63,007 nt of DNA, filler included, from Choristocarpus tenellus KU-1152 (GCA_964200185.2; 9 parts of 9 records of this genome joined end to end with filler, not necessarily neighbours in it); one strand, 5' to 3'; shown: positions 25,341 through 38,767, counted from the whole stretch's first letter. Translations and numbers: made by a program. Notes: generated from the sequence alone by a model not told the origin.

Positions 25341-25557
25341 ATGCAGTTCATTTAAGTGTGGTGCGGGAGGTTGGACTTATGGATAGTAACATTTTATTAT
25401 CAGGATGTGGGCCAACACTGGGGGGTTGCAAATACTCGAAAGATGGTACAAACTCCGACTCTTTCTCGTTAACTAGTGGAACAATGGTTTGAATGACTAC
25501 ATTGTCACCAGTCTCACGCTTATTGTGTGCATGTTCATCGTTTATCAATAGCTTTTA

Positions 25558-25605
25558 CTACCGACAGCGCTACCGACAGCGCTACCGACAGCGCTACCGA
25601 CAGCG
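25558..25605 (+). repeat. (CTACCGACAGCG)4 minisatellite
   Basis: Four exact 12-bp units. Confidence 0.9.
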
Positions 25606-25841
25606 TTATCTGGTTTTGGCATTCGGTATGTTGGCATAGAGGTTGAAGCTGCGCCCCTCACCCTATGTCTGAACTCACTGACGTCGCCAAATGTGAATTA
25701 TGATTGGCACAAAGACAAGGGTGGGGAGGGTAGAGTAAGGATCTCACGAGATTGGATCATCAGAGTGACAGGACGTGACGTCAAAGGAAATCCTTGGCTC
25801 TTGTATATCTGAACGAGAGAAGTTCACCACTTGAGTTAGCT

Positions 25842-25867
25842 CTAACCCTAACCCTAACCCTAACCCT
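25842..25867 (+). repeat. Short interstitial (CCCTAA)n telomere-like repeat
   Basis: CTAACCCTAACCCTAACCCTAACCCT. Confidence 0.8.
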
Positions 25868-26859
25868 GTTCTATTGAAGAAATCCCATGACCTAAGTTTA
25901 CGGAAGATCCTCTGGTGGAATCAAGGATTCCTGAGAACTAATTTCAAACGGTATGATGGTGTATTTAATCTAGCAACAACGGTACGACGACAGACCACCC
26001 TGGTTTCCATAAACTTAGCGGGAAAATAATAGAGAAATTAAAAGAAATAAATAGCAGAACCATCAGGGGAAAACATCATCACCTAAAAAAGCAGAAGGGG
26101 AAGAAAAGAAGAATAACGAACAAGAGGTGCAAGAGAAAATATCCACAAAGAAACAGCATTCAGCAAGTAGCAATGGCGGTGGTGTTGGTGGCTTGGCTGA
26201 CCTGTTACAGCAAGCTCCATAGCATACCTCCACGGGATGCATAGCTCTAGTCCATAAGCCTATAGATGGCGCTGATGCATGTCCAGGACTCCTGATGCAC
26301 GAGTCGTCAAGTATGCTGGATCTCTCACTTGGATTATTCCCTTCAACGATCTCTTCTGTCTATCGAGCATCATGATGACCAGATAATAAATAAATAGTCA
26401 AGGAGTACAAATATATAAAATCTAGGACTTCAAGGTCATAATGGCGTTTATGAAACCACCATTGAGACATATCGCCTGTAACATGCCTCCCTAGCATGAA
26501 GCATAACTCAATGCAAAGAAGAGGCGATTGGACAAGGAAATATAATGCCACTCTATATCCTATCATGAACGTACCAGAAATTAAATGAATGTCAGATCCA
26601 GGTCCTAACATATCAGTACGCAGCATTGGGGATCCAGTGGAGGAGGAAACCTCGAGGAAAACCCCCTTTCAATGTTTGCCCTAACGATAGATATGCTAAC
26701 GTGACACTTGCACCTCACGCCACCTCACACTCACTCTGCATTTGACTCAAACGTTCAAGAGAGAACCTCCTACACCAGAGCCTCACACGCACGCCAAAAA
26801 GAGGGTACTGTCTAAAAAGACCCCACCCCTTTAAAAGTTATAAACACAAATACAGACAC

Positions 26860-27405
26860 AAAGTCATAGTAGCAATGAACTTGGGTATTGCAATAGACTC
26901 CCCCTCTTCAGAACTAAAATCACAAACAACTACAGGACACCAAGACAATGCCTCATGGTCACAAAGAGATTGGGTGCTGCCATGGAAAGGCTCACCCTCC
27001 CTAGGAACTATGAACATATACTACTAGTAGTAAATGAATACAGACAAATATCTTGCACTAAACAAAAAATAGGGAGTGTCCCAGCAAATTCTCTCCCCCA
27101 AACAAATATCAACACAATTGAACATGGATGCAAAATCACAATAGCACTGAAATAGGGAACTGCCATAGACTGTCCCCCTTCACAACTATAAACACAAAAA
27201 ACTACAGGACACCAAGATAATATCTCATAGTCACAAACAAAAATAAGGTACCGCCATAGAAAGGCTTGCCCTCCCTAGGAAAAACTAAGAACATAAACAA
27301 ATAAAGATAGCTGCCTCAAAATAATAGGAAAATAGGGAGTGTCATAGCAAGACTCTCCCCCGCTCACAAATATCAACACAAATGAATACGGATGCTAAAT
27401 CACAG
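26860..27405 (+). repeat. Diverged tandem duplication, about 270-bp unit x2
   Basis: Shared blocks ACTACAGGACACCAAGA, GAAAGGCT..CCCTCCCTAGGAA, AAAATAGGGAGTGTC, ACAAATATCAACACAA. Confidence 0.8.
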
Positions 27406-27565
27406 TTCCCATTGATTCAGAGTATACCTTCATCTGCTGACCTAACATTCACTGTTCTAGTTGGACCTTTTGACTGTCAGAGTATCCCAGGAGTCCTGTA
27501 CAGGCATCAGCGCTATCTATAGGCCTGTGGATTGGAGCAATTCATCCTGTGGAGGTAAGCTCTGG

Positions 27566-28123
27566 TGTTATAGCATGCCCCTCAGAACTCACCTTCACAG
27601 GATATGTAGCTCAAATCCAACGACCTTAAAAAGACGCTATGGGAACTTTGCCCTTGATAACAGTTTGTAGGGTGTCAAGGTATCCTTCTCTCTTGATATT
27701 CCACTCAGTGCTTAGCTCTAAGCTCGACTCAAAGTTTCGTCCGAGATAAAGATAGAACTGGAGGTAAGAGGGGCCAAGGTGTTTAACCAAAAGCCCTCTT
27801 ATTACTTTCATTATCCACACAATTTCTTTGGTCTTCTATGCAACCGCTCTACACGTACTCCAACCATCAACCTTTATTCTGCAACTTCTTAGGGACTTTG
27901 ACATTTTCTTCTGTAATGTTACGTATGCATTCCGAATCTTACTCTGTATCTTCTATGAAATCATCATTTATTCTGTAAGGCTTACCTATGTGTTACTAAT
28001 ATCGTATATTGTTCGCGCTTGTTAGAGAACGCGAGGAACAATCCTCGCACTATACGTCTGTCACAAATGTTCGTGTTTGCTAAAAAACATGAGAAGAAAT
28101 GCTTGCGCTATTCGCCTGTAACA
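27566..28123 (+). mobile_element. Solo-LTR-like element (about 560 bp)
   Basis: TGTTATAGCATGCCCC...GCGCTATTCGCCTGTAACA; TG...CA with short inverted ends. Confidence 0.7.
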
Positions 28124-28199
28124 CTGTAGCGCGCATTAACAGACCTTAGCTGCTGCTTTGGCGTGATGTACATTAGCTATTACAGCTTCATTGGAATGC

Positions 28200-28900
28200 C
28201 ATTTGGCCAGAATCTCGTTGTACCACCAGCCACACACTAATAACGCTTTTGTTGGTTAGTGGGCATTGTGCTCAAAACCTCAATTCCAATCTCAAATTTG
28301 TCAAGATCTTCTTGGAGACATGTCCACAAGTCCTCAGGTCCACTTTGCTTCTATTTTCCATTTGCGAGCTCCCCAAACATCAACATTTGGGAAGTCCGAT
28401 GTAAGTAACACCCAGCAGATAGGAGCCTTCACTTGGACCCTGCTGACTCAATATTCTCACACCCAGTCTTCATAAAAGCATCGTTGTAGAGGACATGATC
28501 AGTGTGTTTTCTTTTATAGAAACCAGTGCAGCAAGGAGGAATTTGTGGTGTTGAGAGCGGGGTTTCAGACAGTGAGCCTGTCAGAGTGTCCAGACCATAC
28601 GATTATAGGACAGAACTTCAAGCACCTCAGAACATAAGAAGACACAACGGTATTTATTATTAATAGTTGTGTAGGTGAACAATCCATACTGCTTACCATA
28701 TGAGATTTGGATAGCCGAAACCAGATTTTCGTGAAAGGTTCGGTGTTGATGGGGTTTGGGTCAGCGACACTCATACAGGGAAGTAAGGCTTTCTTCATAC
28801 ACTTCGGAGGTATTGAGGAGGAAATCATATTTCTGTCGCAAGATATCTGTGTTGATGGCGAGGTATGAACCTGCGAAAAACAGGAAGGGATAATATAAAC
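28200..28900 (-). mobile_element. Decayed RTE-clade LINE, C-terminal ORF2 region
   Basis: Translation with stops: HHKFLL...DHVLYNDAFMKTGCENIES...RLL.AG...MLMFGELANG...GPEDLWTCLQEDLDKFEI, the typical RTE C-terminal pattern. Confidence 0.75.
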
Positions 28901-29746
28901 AGATGAGTTATTCATCAACTCACTGTAAAGTGATGGATGGCATTAATGGAAGAAACAATACTACTACTATTACTAAAAGGAGAAACTTTGGAAAAAAGTA
29001 CCAAGGAAAAAAGTGATAATGACTCAGAGTATTTTGTGAGGATTCAGCAAATGATGCACAATAATACTATAGAAATGACGAACATTATGTTAGAAGTGCG
29101 AAGAGGTGTAGGAGATTTGTCTTCTGTTGACGTTTTTAACTATTTTCTATAAATAGGTTCCTCTTTGGGGCGGAGTGGTAGGAACATAACGTACTGTGGT
29201 TGTAGACTTGGACATGTGGAGAGTTGAAAGAGTCACTGTAAGAACCTAACAAACATATTACCGTGTTTCAGAACACAAACATCTGTAAATTTACCCCAAT
29301 AAACATTTTTTGTTTTTCTTACTATTTATATAGGGGTCTGAGACGTGGGATATTAAGTTGATCATCAATAGGAATATATATTGGAAATTCGTTTGTAGGA
29401 TACTTACCAACCCTGGTTCTGGAGAATGAAGAAAAAATCGGGGTCATATCTAGTCTATTTTACAAAATATTGAAGAATAGAGACCAATGAAATATGGTGG
29501 AGATGGGAAGACTCGTCGCTTCTTGAAATAGAGATGTAGTCGTATGTCTCTTTCAGAGATGCAGAGATGCAATTAAACTCCAAGTCATATGTTACACTCT
29601 GAGATTTTGAACTAAGTACAGAAAGAGCCTGCAGGCAGGGGACAGAATGAAGAAACAAAAATACACGTCGTTACTGCCATTCAAGCGCGAACGATATATC
29701 AACTGCCATCTTTAGTACAATGATGAGAGTGAATAAGATAATCTCT

Positions 29747-29947
29747 CCGCCAAAACGAATTTCGAACACTAAGAGGATGAGATAAAGTTTCGGACTTTAA
29801 AGATGCATCGTCAATATACTTCCTGTCTCCAAACAGAACCATCACAAACCAAGTGGGGTTCTCAAATGGACAACTCGCTCCAGGTTCCGTTACCTTGCCA
29901 GTTTTATGTCCAGTTGTTACCTTCCGATTTCCAGATTGGGCGGAAAA
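29747..29947. promoter_or_regulatory. Candidate E2F-like sites (CCGCCAAA, GGGCGGAAAA) and reverse CCAAT box in a CpG-rich 5' region
   Basis: Motif matches about 250-450 nt upstream of the ATG at 30197; motif-only evidence. Confidence 0.25.
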
Positions 29948-30196
29948 TCCGTACTCAGGTCTCCACACAGAAAATATTTCCGGCGTTTGAGGATGCACAT
30001 GCATTCAATATATACCGGAGAGCCTTGTAGAGAGTGTACACAGTACGTTGCGTTCAGGCTCATCTTCCCTACCTTCGATGTGACTTGGCATTCACAACTC
30101 CCAACAACCTATCCGCCTTAGCCGCTACGATATTGTGTTTTTCGGTGTTTCTACGCTAGGTGGAAGTGAAGCCGGTGTGCGGTGAGTGGGGAGAAA

Positions 30197-33003
30197 ATGG
30201 CTCCCTCTGCGAAACCCACTCCAGTCCAAAAGTACAACTACGAAAGGTCTTGGTGAGTACATTTCCCCGATCCTCAAAGCCCTCTCAATAGAAGTGGGCG
30301 CCTATGTTATTCCTGCGTTGAGCACATTCCTTTCGTCGATTCATGCCCTGGAATGCCTTATCTTTTTTCGTCTTTACCAAACTGGGCCCATTCTTACATG
30401 CCCGTTTGCCTTTCCTGATGGTCGACCAGCTACCGATGGCTGGTAACCCGACATCCGGCGCAATTTGAGCGTATGGAGTTCACTGCGAAGATCCTCGAAT
30501 CTGCATCTAAGGCTCGTAAGGCTTTTTATGAGAGCGACTGGCCACAGTCGAAAATTCTCATTCGAGCCACTGATGGAAAATACGAGCGTACCCCGTTCTT
30601 CGACAACATAATCAAACGAGGTCTTCGAGAGAGCACTCGTTTCGATGCCTCTGTGCTAAAAGAAGATGAAGTTGAGGCACTTGGGATGTACAGGGATCAG
30701 ACCCTTGGATTCAAACTACAAATTCGGCAGTTTCGTGCTCATGATAGTTCGGTCACATGGGCCGATAAGGTGAGAGCTTCGCAGGTTGGAGAATGGAACA
30801 CAGTTTCCAGACAGGAATGGGCCATTCGGTCAGACAAATCAGAACCTGCCGATCTTGTTGTGCCCAAATTAGACCCTGCACGAGCCTCTAGCCCTGTGAC
30901 CAACGACTCTGATTCCACCACAAGCACCTGGGGTTGGCCATGTAAGTGGAATGTTCACACTTCGGATGGGTTGGCAACTAGTGATGTAGTCGCAAGAGAG
31001 TCACTTTGCAAAAGCAAAGTTGCCTCTGTATCTGGAAGTACAGATATGCGTGGGTTTTGGACTAAGAGTCCTCATCCTGACTGGGTCAATCTGAACATGG
31101 GGGGTGTCAGTCCTGTAGATGAACCAGCTTCATCAAAGCGATGGGCGGACGGAAATTCGCACTATGTGGAACCGATAGTCCCCAAGATTATAACCAGCGG
31201 GTGCAGCATGAACGGCAGCATCGGAGGTAGTGCGCTCGCTGGCCCTAGTGGCGCTGGGATGGAACCTTGCAACTACTATGGGGCCTCATCCCTCGCCAGT
31301 CGACCTCTCCTACAGAACCACTCCAGTATGGAAACTGGCAATGCACCCCCGGTGTCGGGACCAATGTGCAATGGGAGCCTCCTAGCCCAGGGTTTCCGGA
31401 GGTTGGCTCAGCAACGTGTGCAGCTGGGAGAGACGAAAGACCCTCCAACCTCAGTTCCACCACAACCAGCTCTTGCGATCCCTACGACTACGCTGCCGTC
31501 TATCTCTCCGCCCACCTCCCCGTGCCCAAGTGTAGGCCAGGGGGATGATAGCCCCTTGAGAGAGCATGTCGGGTTCAGCAAGCGACGACGGGACTCAACT
31601 ACCAGTGAGACGCCAAGGTTCAGTGGCAAGCCTATGCAGCTGGTGCCTGAAGATCTTCTACTGGTGAGCAACTGGGTGGGTGAATTGTGTGCAATTTTTC
31701 GGATAATATTTTTTGCTTACCTCTTCCTAACTTTGCCTATTCCAAATCTCTGCTGGTCCTACTCATTATTGACTAATGACCTTTTTGTATGGATTTCCTT
31801 TTTTGGCAGGCTAAACGAAGCAAGGTGGTGATTGAAGGAGATGTAAAGGGTAACCATGGTCCTCACAGTAGCAGCTCTGCAAAGATGGAGGAACGGCGTC
31901 AAGTATCTCCAGCCAGTCAAAGCGCATCCGCTCGGTCTCTGCAACTCAGTAGGGAGCTAACTGAGAGTAACAAGCAATTGCAAGCTGCAAGGTACATTTC
32001 ATTCCTTTGCTGTCCCATCGAATAGTTTGATTCTATCACTATATCTCTGCCTTCTTCATATCATGTGCAATGTAGCCTAGTGGCATATCTCAGTCTTCTC
32101 TTGATGCTATGTTGCCATCCATGCTGACTCGTCCTCCCTCTCTTAGGTTACTCACTCGTCAATATCTGCAGTTTCACTGTTGCTTCCCCCCTAACCACCC
32201 CCCTTAATCCACTTTCCCATTCTCCCGTTCTATCGATTTCCTCTCTGTCGATTTCCTGCAGGCGAAAATATGAGGCTGCCAAGAACGAATGGGCAGAGGC
32301 AAATGCAGCTCATCAGGCTAAGAGAGACGAGATTGCAGCAGCAGCAGAGCTTCCACCAGCAGGGGAGGTAGCTGAGTTGGATAGAGAGCTGCCATCGAAG
32401 GGAGTGGCAACTATGAAGCAATCTATGATGGAAGATGCTGTTAATTCTCGGGTCAGTGCATTGGCTGGAGGTGTAGGACGATCCAGCATGGCAGAGAGGG
32501 ATGATGGGGGAGCTCTTGAGGTGAAGGTTGACCTCCTCCGGGGCATAGGGGGAAAGTCCTTGTCAGCCCCCCGTATCCATCCTGCTGGCAACAGGCTCCC
32601 CCACAACCCAACAGCTATACCTCAGCAAGGACGGGTCTCTCCCCTGATGCCCCTTCCCCGCCTTCCGTCATGTCCGTCCATCAAAGTGGATACTTCTAAG
32701 TTGTCAGGTTCATCTGCTGCCCATATCCGTCCTGCTGCTGGGTCAGCAGTGAGATGGGAGGAGGGTAGGCAGTCTGTTTGCTCAGTTTCGCCTGCCATTG
32801 TAGACAGTAACAATCAAGTACCTACATACTCAGCTACTGTGTGCCCTACAAGCTCCACCCCTCTTAAGCGCAGTGGTGGTGGGGGCATGGGATGTGATCG
32901 CTTAACCAATGTCATTGGTAAGGGCACTTGTGCAAGCGGACTTGGCAGGCTTATCGGTTTGATGTCAGAGGGGACAGAGCGGGCTGATGCTATTCAGTGC
33001 TGA
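30197..33003 (+). CDS. Hypothetical protein, 737 aa; exons 30197-30252, 30430-31663, 31810-31991, 32262-33003
   Basis: Long ORFs joined by phase-consistent GT-AG introns; N-terminal about 140 aa looks globular, the rest is Ser/Pro/Gly-rich with a coiled-coil-like segment (LQLSRELTESNKQLQAARRKYEAAKNEWAEANAAHQAKRDEIAAA); no recognised domain. Confidence 0.8.
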
Positions 33004-36000
33004 TTATTCAAGAGGTGCTGGTTGTGTGGCTGCACTGTAATATTGTATTGCGCCATTAAGTTGTGTTGGACATTATGTCGCCTTTTGTTGACCCTGATAC
33101 TGTATTGTGAGAGTTTGCTACATATGATCTGTTGATATCATTTGCTCAAGGTGCCATTCACACGTCTATGTCAAATTGCACTTATTTTGAGTGCAAGTAG
33201 TGGATCATGGTGGATTTTTGTTTCACTCTGTTTTCTTTTGAGGGATATTTCAGGCGGCAAGGATAATACTTTTGTTTTTCTTTTTTTACCTTTGTTCAGT
33301 AGAAGTGTTTGGTGTGTTTTGTGTTTCTTGTCACTCCCTGTGTGCCCTGTGTGCGGAGTTCCAAGATTGGTGAAAGGAAATACTTGCATGTTTTTGTGTT
33401 GACTTTGGCAGTAGATTCTTCAAGCGCTGCAAAAGTATTGAATTCTTAATTAGTGCCACCAAGACCCTTGTATGGCTTCATGCAGCTGTAGCTAACTGTG
33501 ATCTGCTGTATGAGCATATTTAAAGTTGGTTTGGTTGGATAGGGCTGATGTTTTTGATGGATGGTTTGCTGAATCCTGTTGGTTTGGCGCAACTATATAG
33601 TGTGTGTTGATGTTCAGCAACAGTGGAATTGAACTCTGTTTCGACTGATCACAAGAATTATGTGCCAAGACCAGGGAATTTGATATTCTTACACTTTTTT
33701 TAGGGATTAAGTAGAGGTAGGTAATACTAAATTAGGAGTATAAAATGTATCAGCCAATTACAAATATTGTACCACATAACCAAGCTCATATTCCTATTGC
33801 AAGTCTGTCTCTGTTTTAAGCTTCTACTCAATGAACCCGCATCATTGCATTGGGTTCCTGGTGGATGTCAGGTCACACGTTAGCGAGTACAACAACAGGT
33901 GTTTTCGTTACAAGTCGTGGTTCGGATGATAGAGGAAGTGATTCATCAATGAGTCAGTAGTGCGCCATCATGTGTCTGGAGATATACCATGCTGTTAATG
34001 AGTTGTGTTATTTGACAAGCGCAATTGTTGTGTGGACCAATTGTGCACTGTGTGTTGATGTGTATCGCTGAGGTTGAGCAAAGTAGTACGTATGAAGTAC
34101 CAATGATTGTAGTACTGGTACTTTGTCTCACACACAATCAAAAAACATTTGTAAAATATTAGTTGATCATACACATACACTGGGTTGATGCAGTTGTTAT
34201 CCGGTACCTAATACTCCAGACTGTTAGGATCTACATAACGATACATATTTGAACCATTTTGACAAGCATCACGATGAAACAAAGCAATATTTGTTTGTTT
34301 GAGGCTGCCATGGCTCTACCCCTCAATCCAGAAATAACTATTTTGCAAGAAACACTGGATGGAAGGAAGGTTACACTCTTTCCCACAAATAGGACTTCAC
34401 GTCATCAGACACTATTAGGACAAACTGGTCTGCCCATACGCTGCTAATTATTGTTCCAATCCATACATAAAACAATGTTAATTTGGTGCCAGCATGACAT
34501 TGGCATGGTATCGATGTATTCTCACTACTATCCTCTGTTTTGAGTATGTGTATGCAGGAGGAATGACTGGCACAGTACAAGATCAGCTTCTGTTGTTTGG
34601 CAATGACCTTACCTAGAATCAACATATTCGTCAATGTTGCGGATTTATACACCTGTTCCAAGATAAGCATTAGACAAAAAGGATACAGGCACTACTGGTG
34701 GAATTGTCGGGTCATCGTTTGCTTTTCGAAAATGATGGCTGGCATATAGACTTGATCTAGGATGGATTTTCTTTATAGTACAGACCTTTTTGTTCTTTAT
34801 AGTACAGAGTTTAGGGTCAGGGTTCTCAATAAGATGAACGAAAGCAGCGTTCATTAATTAAGGGATGGTGATAGCAAGTAGGGGCAACATCATTTTATGA
34901 AGGGCGGTTGTTGCGTAGTTGCAGAGAAGAGGACTGCAATAAATAGCAACGGTGATCGTCAGTAGCAGCATTGATTGATACTACACATTGGCAAGGGCTG
35001 TTCACTACTGTTGAGCGACCGGTTAGATGAAAGAAACACTCTTAACCTAGTCTTCTTATTATGACTGACCGTTGGTGAGAGAGTATGTGTAATGTTCCGC
35101 AGGAGTGACAATAATAGATGTTTTTTGTGTCCAGCATGAGAGACAATTTCATAAGAGGAATAAATCCAATATGGAGGAATACCCTGATTAATGAGCGAGG
35201 GTGACAGAGAATCAGAAAATTTGTAGGATCGCCACTTACTGTCCATTGTTGGTGGGGTCGAACACGTAGTAATCTCAAAGGACTTCAAGGGACATGGTTG
35301 TACACAAACATACTGCTGTGGGAAGGAAATGACCTTCCATCCAGAACAACATGTAGAAAAATTGTAGGAACATTTGAGATTTGAAATACACTGTAAGGAG
35401 GCACCTTACTGTTGTTGATTTTACAACAAGTTTGCACACATACATATGCATACATGCATATACATCCTCCCAGCCAGCAAACATTTTTGCACTACGAGAG
35501 TTACGATATCAACATGCTGAATGCGTAACATGTGACCAAGTAAGGCAGCAAAGTGCTACACACAAACTACTGCTGCCACTGTTGTAGGGAGAATTTCTAA
35601 TGGGTAGAGTTATAGTATCAGCAGTAGTAGTATCAGACACTGCTAAGGGAGTGTCTGTAATACTCTCTATTTCGGACAAAATGATCACTCGTATAGGTGG
35701 CATTACCTAGTTCATTTACTTTTCAATCGCATTATTTTCAAATGAAGCGCCTATAATTGTGCGAAAAAAATATCCAATAGACATGTTTATACAGTTAGTA
35801 ATTGCTATTGCAAGTCCTATATATGACTGTTCATCTAGTATATACTGGAGTAGTAGTGATATTTTGGAAGGTTTCAGCATCGTTTCTTGTTTTGGGATAT
35901 ATTTTGTAACTGCTTGAACTCTGAGAGGTTGGACCCTTTTTGCGATCGAAGTAATCTTTCCTACACTGTGCAATACACTCTATTTCATTGATTTCTTTTA

Positions 36001-36981
36001 ACAGTAGTAGTGCACGCAGATCGATATTCCTCCGTTCCACAAACAAATCGACACCGCAACTAAGCGAAATCTCTTTCTGTATTTGTACAAAAAGGTGTTT
36101 TTTGACCCTTTCTCAGAATCCCTAAAATGCAACCTTGCTTACCTCGCCATCATGTGTTTGACTCTTCTTTAGGTTGTTTTCTTCTCATTCCCTCCAGGAC
36201 AACATCTACAAAATGTCAGTGACTATGAATATGTTCGGAGTATATATCACCATTATTAGGATAATACGCCCTACTTATTATGCAGCAGTAATGCTGTAAT
36301 AGTTAAAAGGAAAATTGCCAAAAATTACTACGGAGTAGTACAGATTCAAAAAAAGTAGTAGTAGTATAATATTAGTGAAAAAACGAATAATGGTGTAAGC
36401 ATCATCAGAATATGAATCCTGTATGATTTCATTGCCTATCACAGAGACAGTACGTGGTTGTCGTCTTTGCATAATATCCTCATCCTTGCATGCCATTGAT
36501 CTATCAAGCATTTGGTTTCATCAACCACACATGTATACCACAATGTGTTGATTTATTGTAGTTGGTATGCCACCTCTATCAATCAGATCCCAAAATTCTC
36601 ACGATTTTATTTTTTCTCGGCAACCTCAGGGTCTTTGTCACTCTGTTCACATTGTTATTTGTTTTTCTAAATGCGATTATGTTCTTCTCAAGCTTGTCAA
36701 CACCAGGTGGGATTCGTGGACTTTCGTGGAAGAAATTACATTTTTTTCCTTCTTCATGAGACTCGAAATTGTAAACTTCAAGTTTTTGGTTCGACCCAAA
36801 GTAAACGAGAGGTACCCAGGGTTGGTTGCATTTCTGACAAAAAATGTGCAAAATTCGACTTTCTGTACAGATTTATATAAAAATATGGACTGTTCTCATT
36901 TCTGTCCAATAATCCTGCAGTGTGCATATCTGTCTCTGGGACATCCACTTATGTATGCACGTGTGTCAATATTGGTAAAAT

Positions 36982-37163
36982 GGCTCAAAGTATCTGGGGT
37001 GGGGGGTGGGGGTGTCTACACCAGGGTGTCCATTCGGGCCTTGACCAGGAGAAATGAACTTACATTATCCATCCCACGCATGCACCATATCGCCCAAAAA
37101 TCGCGACATGGAAAAAGGGGCCCCGAATAGACAGTCGCCACCCCCCCACAAATACTTTGAGCC
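36982..37163. mobile_element. MITE family A, complete, TSD AAT
   Basis: AAT|GGCTCAAAGTATCTGGGG...CCCCACAAATACTTTGAGCC|AAT. Confidence 0.9.
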
Positions 37164-37869
37164 AATGATCATCATCCTTCGTTGTGTCTGAAATTGCAAC
37201 AATCCCTGTGTACTTTGGGCACAAAATTGTACCTACTCAGATGAAGATGTGACAATTAATTGTCGTTATGATATATACTCGAGTCAGAACGTCTAACGCA
37301 TATACTTCATTTATCAAAAAGAGAAATTATCCTCAAGCAGCAAAGTGGTATATACAGAGAATGCGAACTTCCCTACTTAAAAGGTCTTGATGCAAATGAT
37401 GAAGATGATGAGGGTGAAGATAAGCAAAATGATATATTAGTGGATATCGCTGTTCAGAGTGTTAGCCTTGGAGCCATGATCAGTGGCGTGTCAAATACTC
37501 AAATCAAAATACATCAACAAATAATAAAATACTACCACCACTGCTGCTGCTGCTACTACTACTACTACTACTGTTTTTCCCACACTTGGAGCAACAATAT
37601 ATCAACGTTTCACATCATGAAGGTGATATATAACACCATCAAAACCGACCAACATGTCAAAAAGTCTGGGACTGTATATACAAGTACAGCCGAGTGCTTG
37701 AAGACAGAACTACAAAGATGCATCACGTGTGCTCGAGGTGTGTACCTGCACCCCACTGACAACTCCCCAAATCTCCTCAGGCACAGAATAAGCATTATAT
37801 TCCGTCCTAGGAAGCTCTCCAATGAAGTATGGTTGATGAGAAAATTGGGATCTGGGCAACTGTGGACAA

Positions 37870-38345
37870 AAAGGTCCCTCAAGTGCTCCAGCAAACACCA
37901 CCCGATGGGCACCAAGGTGCTTGTGCCAGCCATGGTGGACGGGGAGAGGTATACATCCTGGCAAACAAGGCCTGCATGCATGCCTAGGTCGGAAGGACAC
38001 GCCGTCTTTGTGCAGCAGGGCGGAGCAAAGTCACACACCAAGCGAAGGATCATGGAGGTAACTCAAGGAGCTGGCGGAGGACAACATTGTCATATAGAGA
38101 CCCAGTCAACCAACTCACAGGACCTCAACGTCAACCTCCTGGGATTCTTTCATTCCATCTAGCAGCTGAAGGAAGACACGGGGGTGACCAACACAGAGGA
38201 GGTGGTGGAGGCCACAATGGAGGCATTTGATGTGTACCCCCGGGAGAAACTAGAGCATGCCTGGCAGAGCCTCTTTGCAGTCTACGGATCTTTGCAGTCT
38301 ACGGTGAAGCGCTGGGATCCAAGGGTGACGGCGTTTTCAAAATTC
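37870..38345 (+). pseudogene. Decayed Tc1/mariner transposase of the plant/oomycete DD39D-like type
   Basis: VFVQQGGAKSHT...TQSTNSQDLNVNLLGFFHSI*QL...EEVVEATMEAFDVYPREKLEHAWQSL resembles QQDNAxPH...QPPNSPDLNxLDLGFFxSIQ; catalytic Asp positions altered, in-frame stop at 38160-38162. Confidence 0.8.
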
Positions 38346-38767
38346 CCCACCTTAGCAAGGAAAAGGCTGAGAAGGTAGCCATGCCCCGCCCGAATGCCCC
38401 CCCCGAATGCCCCGTTGGATGTGGCGATATACTGTGTTGGAATTGAATTTTGGAGGGCTTCAGGGGCAGAATCATAGATAGGTGTAGGTCGCCCCCTTTT
38501 GGTTGAGGTTTTGTGTGTGTGTACAAAACACTCATAGAATATGGACATAATATGATAAAATAACTTTCTTCATTTGGGCTGCAAAATTTATGTAACATTT
38601 AGTCCGAATATGATGAATATGATGATTATGATTATTGTGATTATGACAATGTGATTACTATGACTATTATGATTATCATGATTATTTTATTGACAACGGT
38701 TATGATTGCAAGGACTATTTTGTCCTATTTTGGTCTGGTGATAACGAAGTTTTTGATAGTAGTATTA

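Noticed and set aside
25842-25867. Telomere
   Set aside because: Only about four units and internal to a contig.
33850-36200. Fragmented minus-strand ORF-like DNA
   Set aside because: Probably a decayed element, but no diagnostic motif was recognisable.
36567-37130. 187-aa ORF and other ORFs overlapping MITEs (e.g. 43690-44295, 4222-4665, 22190-22585)
   Set aside because: Chance open frames through non-coding repeats; shared peptides such as SKYLGG reflect the TIR.
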